Shown piece by piece: positions 8,258 to 16,063 of a stretch of 16,063 nt of DNA. Within the stretch, counting starts at the first letter, position 1, and every line of letters starts with the position of its first letter. The notes below the pieces were generated by a model. It had not been told where the DNA came from and ran no database searches. It saw nothing but the letters and a program-made list of their open reading frames with translations. Source of the DNA: a bacterium (lineage in GTDB: Bacteria > Zhuqueibacterota > Zhuqueibacteria > Oceanimicrobiales > Oceanimicrobiaceae); assembly GCA_046758365.1 (NCBI GenBank), contig JBHIAC010000073.1, positions 1 to 16,063 on the forward strand. Reading direction: 5' to 3'. A program made the translations under genes and the position numbers.

Positions 8258-8373
8258 AATTATTATGAAAGGTATTTATTAATAAACTATATTATTTTAT
8301 GCATTGATATTTATAGAATTAGAGGGGATATTTGTAATAACTTTATAAATAGATTATTTAAATTTTATAATCA

Positions 8374-8502
8374 AATTATGTAATTTATACATAATTATGC
8401 GGTAAATATTTGACCAGTCGAAGATAATAGAATAAAACTTCTTATTTATCAATAGTTTAATGTCTTATTATCATAGATTCCTATATGTGTAGATTTTACA
8501 TA
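8374..8502. promoter_or_regulatory. Candidate enhancer region: palindromes plus IHF-like site
   Basis: AATTATGTA-N5-TACATAATT (8374-8396); GGTAAATATTTGACC (8401-8415); TGTAGATTTTACA (8488-8500); TATCAATAGTTTA (8447-8459) matches the IHF consensus WATCAANNNNTTR. AT-rich context raises the chance-match rate. Confidence 0.45.
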
Positions 8503-8562
8503 GTTAATCAATGAGCCACCTTTTTCAATTTTAAAAACAATTCGTTTTAAAAAAATCATTTT

Positions 8563-8685
8563 CTATTCTTCCTCAATTTCTACAGACCAAGACACATCAA
8601 TACCCCGTTTCACACTAACAGCCGCAGGACATTTATGCTGGTGGATGCTTAATGCGCGTTCAGCCGCGTCTTGTTTCCCTTTCAC
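8563..8685 (-). pseudogene. C-terminal remnant of an OsmC-like protein (40 aa)
   Basis: Translation (V/M)KGKQDAAERALSIHQHKCPAAVSVKRGIDVSWSVEIEEE* fits the OsmC/Ohr C-terminal 'A..A....CP....' helix plus final strand. GTG overlaps the dinB TGA. Upstream in-frame codons are TGA TGA. Confidence 0.6.
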
Positions 8686-9179
8686 ATACCTTCATCAGCG
8701 GTTGGGCCATAGACTTGTGGTAACGGCACATCATTGAGCCGAAGATAAACAGAAAGCTGGCCGCGGTGGTGGATGATGTGACTGAGAAGCCAGGTTCGGA
8801 TTACAGCAATGCGCGGTATTTCATGGATAACTTCATCGCCCTTTTTCAATCGCCAATTAGCTGCGAGTTGATCATCGGACATTGGTTTAAGTTTTTCTAT
8901 GGCATGGGCAAGGTTTTTATCAAAAGTCTCTAATGTCTCTGATACACGAGTCGCGGTTGGCGGTTCATATTCAACAGCCCCAAGCACCAACTCATCCTGA
9001 TCCACGAAGGCATCTACCCAGCCGGGGATTTCGGTAATGTGCGCTGCCAGTCGTCCTAAGGTCATTGACTTTTCCTGCGGTTTCCATTTAAGTTTATCCT
9101 CTGGTATGAGTTCCAGCATTTTTCGAGTGGGTTTTGCTTCTTGTTCAAGTTCAGCTAAAATGGGTTCGATTAAGTTCAT
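8682..9179 (-). CDS. DinB-family (damage-inducible, four-helix bundle) protein
   Basis: KSMTLGRLAAHI and SHIIHHRGQLSVYLRL..VPLPQVYGPTAD motifs; GGAGG RBS. Confidence 0.93.
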   Translation of the reverse strand: MNLIEPILAELEQEAKPTRKMLELIPEDKLKWKPQEKSMTLGRLAAHITEIPGWVDAFVDQDELVLGAVEYEPPTATRVSETLETFDKNLAHAIEKLKPMSDDQLAANWRLKKGDEVIHEIPRIAVIRTWLLSHIIHHRGQLSVYLRLNDVPLPQVYGPTADEGM

Positions 9180-9282
9180 TTTTCAGCCTCCAGAATAAAT
9201 GATAGGGATTGATTTATTAGCCATCTTGTTAAAAAAACAATTTGTGTAATCGGATATCAAGCGAAAGATGGGGTTGTTATAA

Positions 9283-9311
9283 AAGATAAATAATTCTCTC
9301 TGAAAAGTCAA
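9283..9311 (-). promoter_or_regulatory. Sigma70-type promoter for the DinB-family gene
   Basis: TTGACT (9311-9306), 17-nt spacer, TATCTT (9288-9283), about 100 bp upstream of ATG 9179. Confidence 0.5.
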
Positions 9312-9489
9312 GCCAATGTATTGGGCACTTTAAATGCGGCCAGGGGAGGTCATTTCATAATTAAATATTGATATGCCACACTTAAAGTAAAAACACTTTG
9401 GGTGTACAGTTTAATTAAAAACTAGGTATGACATAAAATTCCTCTTCCGAAAATTCTTTAACTTGTAATAGATATAATAGCCGAATTCT

Positions 9490-11604
9490 TTACTTTTTCT
9501 CCATCAGAAACCGATCAAAAAAATCAGCCGCCGCGCTGTAAGCCTGAAGCCAGCGATCGTGACGTAAAAACCCATGCACTTCGTCTGGGAAAATCAGCGT
9601 TTCAATGTGCACTTTGCCTTCTTTTCGCAGCCTCTGGACCAAATCTGTTGTCTGGATAAAATCTACATTTCTATCATCATCTCCGTGAATAAACAGTACC
9701 GGTGAATACCAAAAGCTTACATCAGCAATAGGAGAAGACTCATAGGCCTTTCTCATGAGATCATCGCCAAAAATGCCCCAACCGCCTCCGTGGCGACGGC
9801 GTCCACGCAAAGCCCAATCATGGACTCCGTGTAAATCCACCCCTGCCTTAAAAAGCTCAGAGTCGCGTGCCAGCGCCAGGGCTGTGAGATAGCCACCGTA
9901 GGAACCGCCCCAAAGTCCAATTTTCTCTGAATCGACTTCCGGCCGTTTCTGTAAATATCGCGCCGCTGCCAATATATCCTGGTATTCGGAAGCCCCTCGG
10001 GGTCCTTGATTGGGTGCGTTACGAAATGCACGACCATAACCAATGCCGGAACGATAATTTACCGACAGGACTACATAGCCTTTGTTAGCTAAATACTGAT
10101 TCATGGCGTAGGCTCTGTGGTAATAACCTCGCATGTGCCACCCTAACATCATTTGACGAATCGGACCGCCGTGCATGAAAATTACTGCCGGTCGCTTATC
10201 GCCAGCTTTGGCGTTTTTGGGAAGGAAGAGCTGTCCATGAATCTTTAAACCGTCTGGCGTTTTGAAAATCACCCGCTGAGGTTCTACTAATTTATTTCTG
10301 GAAAATTCGTCTGGAATCACCTCAGCAGCAATTAAGCGATATTTGCCACCTTTAACGCTCATAACCGCAGGCGCCGCAGGTTGAAAGGCCGTGGAACACA
10401 AAAATACTAAATCTTTACTATGACCCGAAACCACCGGCCGCCATTCAATTCCTCTCCCTTCTGTCAAACGTTTGGCGTTGCCCCCTGTCACAGATACCGA
10501 CCACAAGTGTCGGCGATCGATATCGCCCTTGTTGGCGTTGTAGAATACCGTTTTACCATCAGGAGAAATAGAGCAGTCTTCAACCTCGTACTCACCTGGG
10601 GTCAAACAGACAGCCTTACCATCGTGGATGGAGACCGAGTAGAGATGCATCCAACCATCATGTTCAGAATAGAAAACGAGATGATCATCGGCGCCCCACA
10701 TAAACGGATTTAACGGGTAGAACTGAGCAAAGCCTCCACTGGAATCCGGAGACACCCAAATTTGCCTGCTTTTGCCCGATTCAACATCCGCTACCCAAAG
10801 GGCCAATGGTAAACTCAGTTCCCGTTTTCGAGGTGGATCTGCCAGGGTGCCGGGGAAGCGTATAAAAGCGATCTGTTTTCCATCTAGTGACCAGACCGGT
10901 TCCCTGTCCCGATCGACACTGGGTGCAATCCAGTTGATGGCATTTTTGTTAAAATCATAAATCCCGATAAAGCTGTGATCTTCTCGTGAACTGACAAATG
11001 CCAATTTGGAGCCATCGGGCGCCCAAACAGGTGAGCCATTTCTTCCACGGGCCTCAATCAAGGGAGCGCTCTTATCCACGCTATCAATGTTGGTTTTAAA
11101 GAGCTTGCCTTCCTTTACAAATATCACCCAATTCCCTTTCGGTGAAACCTTTGGACTGGAACCCTCGCCCAATAACCACGGCTCTCCCCCGGAGAGTTTG
11201 ACCGCCCAAACATTTTGTTCGGCGCCTCCAGGATCGCTGGTAGGATTCGGATGCTCTCCCTGGCGGTTGGGTGATCCTCCATGAACAAAAACGATAATAC
11301 TTCCGTCCGGACTGAAATCAAGGCCACCCAATACCTGTCCATCGTCTTTATCGAAGTTGGTAATTCTCTTGGCCTGATATTCAGGTCCTTCCGCAACCCA
11401 AATATTGCGATGGCCTCGATTGTTAAAAACCCAGGCAGCCTTATCTTCTGAAGGAGATACAATTAAATTGGAAGGAAAGGGTGCACTCATGATTTGCTCA
11501 ATAGTGAAAGATTGAGCATAAGATATACCGGTCTTGGAAATCGCGAGAAAACCAATAATCAAAAACAGAATCATGTATACACTTTTTCGAGTTAATCGTA
11601 GCAT
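9490..11604 (-). CDS. S9 family (prolyl oligopeptidase / acylaminoacyl-peptidase-like) peptidase, exported
   Basis: Signal peptide (ISYA-QS); PD40/WD40-like propeller repeats (FSPDG, WAPDG, WSLDG, ISPDG); HGGP; nucleophile GGSYGG; GDDDRNV (Asp); DEVHGF (His). Confidence 0.95.
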   Translation of the reverse strand: MLRLTRKSVYMILFLIIGFLAISKTGISYAQSFTIEQIMSAPFPSNLIVSPSEDKAAWVFNNRGHRNIWVAEGPEYQAKRITNFDKDDGQVLGGLDFSPDGSIIVFVHGGSPNRQGEHPNPTSDPGGAEQNVWAVKLSGGEPWLLGEGSSPKVSPKGNWVIFVKEGKLFKTNIDSVDKSAPLIEARGRNGSPVWAPDGSKLAFVSSREDHSFIGIYDFNKNAINWIAPSVDRDREPVWSLDGKQIAFIRFPGTLADPPRKRELSLPLALWVADVESGKSRQIWVSPDSSGGFAQFYPLNPFMWGADDHLVFYSEHDGWMHLYSVSIHDGKAVCLTPGEYEVEDCSISPDGKTVFYNANKGDIDRRHLWSVSVTGGNAKRLTEGRGIEWRPVVSGHSKDLVFLCSTAFQPAAPAVMSVKGGKYRLIAAEVIPDEFSRNKLVEPQRVIFKTPDGLKIHGQLFLPKNAKAGDKRPAVIFMHGGPIRQMMLGWHMRGYYHRAYAMNQYLANKGYVVLSVNYRSGIGYGRAFRNAPNQGPRGASEYQDILAAARYLQKRPEVDSEKIGLWGGSYGGYLTALALARDSELFKAGVDLHGVHDWALRGRRRHGGGWGIFGDDLMRKAYESSPIADVSFWYSPVLFIHGDDDRNVDFIQTTDLVQRLRKEGKVHIETLIFPDEVHGFLRHDRWLQAYSAAADFFDRFLMEKK

Positions 11605-11611
11605 TTGTTCT

Positions 11612-14600
11612 TCACTCCTTAATGGTCAACTTTTCAGCCGGCTGGAGAAATATCGCTGGAATTTCTTGTTCCCTCACCAACTGATTGAATTTGGGTACAT
11701 CTTTATCCATAATTCCTTTCAGACTTGCCAATTGCTCATCCAATTTACCTGAGAGCTTGTCAAATACCTCGTAGGCCTGTTTCGTTGGTTTGGCGTCCGA
11801 ACTAGCCACCACACTCGCTAAAGACGCAAGCTTATTGTTTAACTTGATTGGGTAATTTAGAGCATCCTGTCTGGCTTTGATTTTGACCTGAATGATTTCT
11901 TCCTCAACGGCTGTTAGCTTTTCTTTTAGCGATTTTGCTGTCTCTGCAATGGCTTCTTCACTCGGCTGATCCTTCATCCGCTTGACTAGGGCATCGACTT
12001 GCTTCCTAATATCACGGATTGAGATAACAGCCTCATGAGCTTCTGAAACTTTATCACGAATTTGGATGAGTAGAGCGAACTGCTCTTGGAATTCATCTAA
12101 CGTTATTTCTATGCGTGGATCTTTTTTAATCTCAAAGGGCTGTGTTATCGTTTTGTCGCCGACCACTAAGCGCACTTGATAGTTCCCTGGCACTGCAACA
12201 GGGCCCCGAGTAGAACCACCCCACATCAACGCACGAGGGATTTTTTTCGCATCGGGATAGCGCATATCCCAAACGAATCGATTCATACCAGACTCGGCTG
12301 AAACTTTCTCTTTTTTGGAGGCCCTTCCGAAAAATACTGCCATTTCATCTTCAGATTTCTCTTCCTTTTCTTCTTTTTTACTGGTGAATGACTTTATCAA
12401 ATTGCCGGTCTCGTCCAGGATTTCCAATTTGACTTCCTCTTTAGGTTTTTCTTTGAAGTAGTAATAAAAGACAGCGCCATTGGGTGGATTTTTGCCAATG
12501 CTTAAACCACTACGCCTAAAGCTGAAACTGCGGATTCTAAAAGTGGGTCGCACTTTAAAAAGGTGCCTATCCGCGATAGCAATTTCATCGTTGATTTCAT
12601 GGAGTGGGGAAAGGTCATCTAAAATCCAAAACGATCTTCCATGAGTTGCGACCACTAAATCCTTTTCCCGTGGTTGAATTATCATATCGTGGATGGGCAC
12701 GGCTGGTAGGTTGAGTTGCAGCGATTGCCAATGCCTACCATCGTCAAAAGATACATACACGCCTCTTTCGGTTCCGGCATAAAGCAGTCCCCTGCGGTGA
12801 GGATCTTCGCGCACGACGCGGGTGTATTCATTCTCAGGAATACCTCTTGTGATCTTCTTCCAGGATTTGCCATAGTTATTGGTTTTGAAGATATACGGTT
12901 TGAAGTCATCTAGCTTGTATCTTGTGGCTGCGACGTAGGCGGTTGCTGGGTCATGGGGCGAGGCTTCGATTATGCTGATAAGGGTCCATTCAGGGAGCTT
13001 TTTTGGTGTTATGTTCTCCCATGTTTTACCACCGTCCTTGGTTATGTGGACAAGCCCATCGTCGGAGCCAGCCCACAGAAGCCCTTTTTGCAGTGGGGAT
13101 TCTACTAGAGAAAAGATAGTGCAATAATACTCGACACTTGTGTTGTCCTTCGTAATAGGACCACCCGAGGGACCTTGTTTGCTTGGGTCGTTACGGGTCA
13201 GATCAGGACTGATTACCTCCCAACTTATGCCTTCATTCATACTTTTGAAAACATGATTTCCAGCTACATATAACACATTGGGATCGTGTGGTGAAATTAA
13301 AATGGGATAAGTCCACTGGAAGCGGTATTTTAAGTCCGCTGCCCCGGCTCCCATGGGATTTTCTGGCCAGACTTGAATGTTTTGTGCCTGTCTGGTACGA
13401 TGATTGTACTTTGTTAGATAACCATCATAACTGCCTGCATAAACAATATTTGGATTATCCGGACGGACAGCAATGTAACCGCTTTCACCGCCCCCTACGG
13501 AATACCAATCGGCTCGACCGATACCAAAGCTATTTGTCCGACTGGCGATGCTCATAGTGCTGTTGTCTTGTTGGGCACCATAAACACGATAGGGGAATTG
13601 GTTATCGACCGTTACGTGGTAGAACTGCGCTGTTGGGATGTCTTGATCCGTCCAACTCTTACCACCGTTGTAAGAAACATTTATGGAGCCGTCGTTGCCG
13701 TTGATCATGCGCAGTGGATTATGGGGATCGATCCACAGGTCGTGGTTATCCCCATGGGGCACTGAGATGGTCGTGTCAAAGGTTTTCCCCCCGTCATTTG
13801 ATTTATGAAATCGAACGTTCAGCACGTAAACCGTTTCAGGATCCTTTGGATCCGCGTAAATATGCGAATAGTACCAGGCTCGCTGACGTAGGTTGCGATC
13901 CTTATTCAGCAGACGCCAGGTCTGGCCGCCATCCTCGGAACGGAACACACCCCCTTTTTCTGCTTCGATGATTGCCCACACACGGCCAGGTAATGCGGGT
14001 GATACGGTCACACCGATTTTGCCTTTGACTCCTTTTGGCATACCTGTATTGTTTGTTAGTTCGCTCCAGGTATCGCCACCATCGGTTGATTTGTAAAGAC
14101 CACTACCCGGACCACCACTTGACATGCTCCAGGGATTACGATACGCTTCCCACAATGCAGCATAAAGGATGCGAGGATTAGTTGGGTCCATCGCTAGATC
14201 AATAGCACCAGTCTTCTCATTTTTAAAGAGGATTTTTTCCCAAGTTTTTCCACCATTTGTGGAACGAAAAACTCCTCGCTCGGGATTAGGTCCAAACACG
14301 TGCCCAAATGCTGCTACATAAACCATATCTGAATTATTTGGGTGTACCCTAATCTTGCCAATGGTTTGGGTCTCAGTCAAACCAACCTGTTTCCACGTTT
14401 TCCCGCCATCATCGGATTTGTAGACGCCATCACCCGCAGAGACATTGCCACGGATGCAGGCCTCACCCATCCCAACATAAATCACATTTGGGTCAGATTC
14501 TGCCACCGCAATGGCACCTACCGAACCAGTTTTAAATAAACTATCGGATATATTAAACCAGATAAGCCCCCCATCTTCTGTTTTCCAGACCCCACCACCG

Positions 14601-14863
14601 GTTGCTCCGAAGTAGTAAGTGAATGGTTGGTCAGGATGCCCAACGACCGCAACAGATCGTCCACCTCGAAATGGACCGATGTTACGCCATTCCAGCGCTT
14701 TGTAGAGGCTGGGATCGTATTTCGCGGCCACATCATTGGATGCTTGTTGCGCATGGACGTTTATAACTAGTCCTAAGATTAGAAATACTATGAATACCAA
14801 AGAAAAACTGTGTGCTTGCAATCTGCTAGGCAGGTAAGATTTTGATATTTTAGAATTTTTCAT
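11612..14863 (-). CDS. VPS10/BNR (Asp-box) repeat beta-propeller protein, often annotated as glycosyl hydrolase
   Basis: Signal peptide (VHA-QQ); WRNIGPFRGGR; about 11 S/TxDGGxTW-type Asp-boxes; C-terminal helical tail; AGGAGGAG RBS; 7 bp from the S9 gene. Confidence 0.93.
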   Translation of the reverse strand: MKNSKISKSYLPSRLQAHSFSLVFIVFLILGLVINVHAQQASNDVAAKYDPSLYKALEWRNIGPFRGGRSVAVVGHPDQPFTYYFGATGGGVWKTEDGGLIWFNISDSLFKTGSVGAIAVAESDPNVIYVGMGEACIRGNVSAGDGVYKSDDGGKTWKQVGLTETQTIGKIRVHPNNSDMVYVAAFGHVFGPNPERGVFRSTNGGKTWEKILFKNEKTGAIDLAMDPTNPRILYAALWEAYRNPWSMSSGGPGSGLYKSTDGGDTWSELTNNTGMPKGVKGKIGVTVSPALPGRVWAIIEAEKGGVFRSEDGGQTWRLLNKDRNLRQRAWYYSHIYADPKDPETVYVLNVRFHKSNDGGKTFDTTISVPHGDNHDLWIDPHNPLRMINGNDGSINVSYNGGKSWTDQDIPTAQFYHVTVDNQFPYRVYGAQQDNSTMSIASRTNSFGIGRADWYSVGGGESGYIAVRPDNPNIVYAGSYDGYLTKYNHRTRQAQNIQVWPENPMGAGAADLKYRFQWTYPILISPHDPNVLYVAGNHVFKSMNEGISWEVISPDLTRNDPSKQGPSGGPITKDNTSVEYYCTIFSLVESPLQKGLLWAGSDDGLVHITKDGGKTWENITPKKLPEWTLISIIEASPHDPATAYVAATRYKLDDFKPYIFKTNNYGKSWKKITRGIPENEYTRVVREDPHRRGLLYAGTERGVYVSFDDGRHWQSLQLNLPAVPIHDMIIQPREKDLVVATHGRSFWILDDLSPLHEINDEIAIADRHLFKVRPTFRIRSFSFRRSGLSIGKNPPNGAVFYYYFKEKPKEEVKLEILDETGNLIKSFTSKKEEKEEKSEDEMAVFFGRASKKEKVSAESGMNRFVWDMRYPDAKKIPRALMWGGSTRGPVAVPGNYQVRLVVGDKTITQPFEIKKDPRIEITLDEFQEQFALLIQIRDKVSEAHEAVISIRDIRKQVDALVKRMKDQPSEEAIAETAKSLKEKLTAVEEEIIQVKIKARQDALNYPIKLNNKLASLASVVASSDAKPTKQAYEVFDKLSGKLDEQLASLKGIMDKDVPKFNQLVREQEIPAIFLQPAEKLTIKE

Positions 14864-15107
14864 GATTCTCCCTCCTATTTAATTTTTTAAACGAGATTCC
14901 TTGTTTTCATAAATTTTTTAAACCAACCGCGTAAATATAGAATCTGCGAAATCTTATTCGACGGGTGCCAACATGGATAGGAATTTGATTTTTCTCCTTC
15001 CAACACGAAAGGCTATTAAATATAGTTTGGATACTTGTTATAACTAATAAGACGAATGTCGAAAAGATCAAATCCTGAACATTCATTGAGCTTATTTGTA
15101 AGAAATG

Positions 15108-15512
15108 TCAAAATATTTTAAAAATATACACAAATCTCTTGGAAAAGTCAAACTTTTCACCAACAAGAAATTTTAGCGGATATGAGCGTTGGAAGAAGGT
15201 TTTGTAATAACCTGCATTTTTCCTTTCATCATTAACCAAAGTCAACACTTCTTTTCCTAAAATATTGTAAACTTTCAATGTTATTCTTTCTTCTTTTGGC
15301 AAGCCATAGCGAATGGTGGTCACCGGATTGAACGGATTCGGGAAGTTCTGGGACAATACAAATTCGGTTGGAATATTTTGAACGTTGGAGAGATTGTCAC
15401 CAATAAACTCGTTTTTGCCTACCAGCAGCTTCAGCCGTTTGGGATGCTCTTCAACAGTACCAGCAAGGACAAAATGGTTATCCTTTCTTTGGCCTGAAAA
15501 CCTCCCGCAGGT
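15108..15512 (-). pseudogene. Fragment of a secreted protein with a T9SS type A / FlgD-like C-terminal sorting domain, truncated at both ends
   Basis: The frame is open from 15512 with no [99 protein letters not shown]. Similarity ends near 15204; the expected WDG...SG.Y.Y...KM..K tail is missing. Confidence 0.8.
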
Positions 15513-15531
15513 TCAGAACCTGCGGGAGGTT
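15499..15531. repeat. Perfect nested palindrome (REP-like)
   Basis: AACCTCCCGCAGGTTC-A-GAACCTGCGGGAGGTT: 16-bp perfect arms, each arm itself AACCT-N5-AGGTT. Confidence 0.9.
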
Positions 15532-15538
15532 CGAAGGG

Positions 15539-16063
15539 GCGATATTGAAAAAAGCCGCGGCGCTTACAAACTATGAATGTGGAGTCCTGCCAAAGGAAAA
15601 GGCAGATATTATCGTGAAAGTATGTGATGAAATTTTGGACGGCAAGCTGGACGACCATTTCCCACTGGTTGCCTGGCAGACTGGCTCCGGCACACAAACT
15701 AATATGAACGTAAACGAGGTCATCTCTAATCGTGCAATTGAACTCTTGAGGGGCGAGCCCGGCTCAAAAGACCCCATTCATCCCAACGATGATGTTAATA
15801 AGTCGCAATCTTCCAACGACACTTTTCCAACGGCCATGCATATTGCGGCATATCAATTAATCACCAGAAACACCTTGCCGAATTTGCAAGCCTTGCGCGA
15901 TACACTGGCTGACAAAGCGAAAGAATTTATGCCTATTGTAAAGATTGGCCGTACCCATTTGATGGACGCCACGCCGCTCACTTTAGTACAGGAGTTCTCT
16001 GGTTATGCCTCCCAAATACAGCACGGCATCAAGACCATCGAGAATACCTTACCGCACCTTTCT
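15539..16063 (+). pseudogene. fumC: Class II fumarate hydratase, 5'-truncated (runs off the window)
   Basis: [11 protein letters not shown]...[27 protein letters not shown]...[21 protein letters not shown]...[22 protein letters not shown]. The usual N-terminal roughly 45-50 aa (..D.MG...WGAQT.RS..NF..) are absent upstream, and there is an in-frame TAA at 15404-15406. Confidence 0.88.

Noticed and set aside
7689..8383. Plus-strand ORFs 7689-7973 and 8120-8383
   Set aside because: Antisense to the TPR-like gene and the sigma54 unit, with AT-driven composition and no motifs.
9362..9377. Minus-strand TGGCATATC as a -24 element; likewise TTGGCAC near 14965-14971
   Set aside because: No TTGC -12 element at the correct distance in either case.
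9753..14754. Many 62-112 aa alternative-frame and antisense ORFs inside the S9 and VPS10 genes
   Set aside because: Shadow ORFs of long, well-supported CDSs.
14940..15015. Possible riboswitch upstream of the VPS10 gene
   Set aside because: Only weak pairing and no TPP, SAM, cobalamin or c-di-GMP consensus recognised; an Rfam scan would settle it.
15385..15777. ORFs 15385-15576 (+), 15431-15697 (-) and 15571-15777 (-)
   Set aside because: Wrong-frame or antisense readings across the junction; the real coding signals are the fumC and sorting-domain remnants.
1..16063. CRISPR array, tRNA/rRNA, integrase/transposase, defence-system genes
   Set aside because: No regularly spaced repeat-spacer units, RNA-gene signatures or such protein motifs were seen.

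Overview
A bacterial window, almost all coding on the minus strand. The FPNPFNP-type C-terminal sorting-domain remnant suggests an FCB-group lineage such as KSB1, Calditrichota or Ignavibacteria; this is inference only. Intact genes, left to right: a trypsin-like (S1) serine protease (probable lipoprotein), trpS, a 2x[4Fe-4S] ferredoxin, a DinB/DUF1572-like protein, a CoA-binding (YccU-like) protein, a membrane-anchored protein with a TonB-type SxxxH anchor on a PilX/DUF4900-like body, an AT-rich TPR-like orphan, a second DinB-family protein, an S9 peptidase and a VPS10/BNR beta-propeller protein. The most notable signals are not in the ORF track: (1) a near-consensus sigma54 promoter with upstream palindromes and an IHF-like site, ahead of a 64-aa ORF and the TPR-like orphan; (2) a perfect nested 33-bp palindrome where a 5'-truncated fumC and a truncated sorting-domain gene meet head to head; (3) an OsmC-like C-terminal remnant overlapping the dinB stop codon; (4) a leader-ORF/antiterminator/terminator arrangement upstream of the TonB-anchor gene; (5) several REP/MITE-like remnants, including an inverted 4x8-mer repeat. 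No CRISPR array, rRNA or tRNA was seen. No complete new system can be proven from sequence alone; the sigma54 unit and the TonB-anchor protein are the best candidates.
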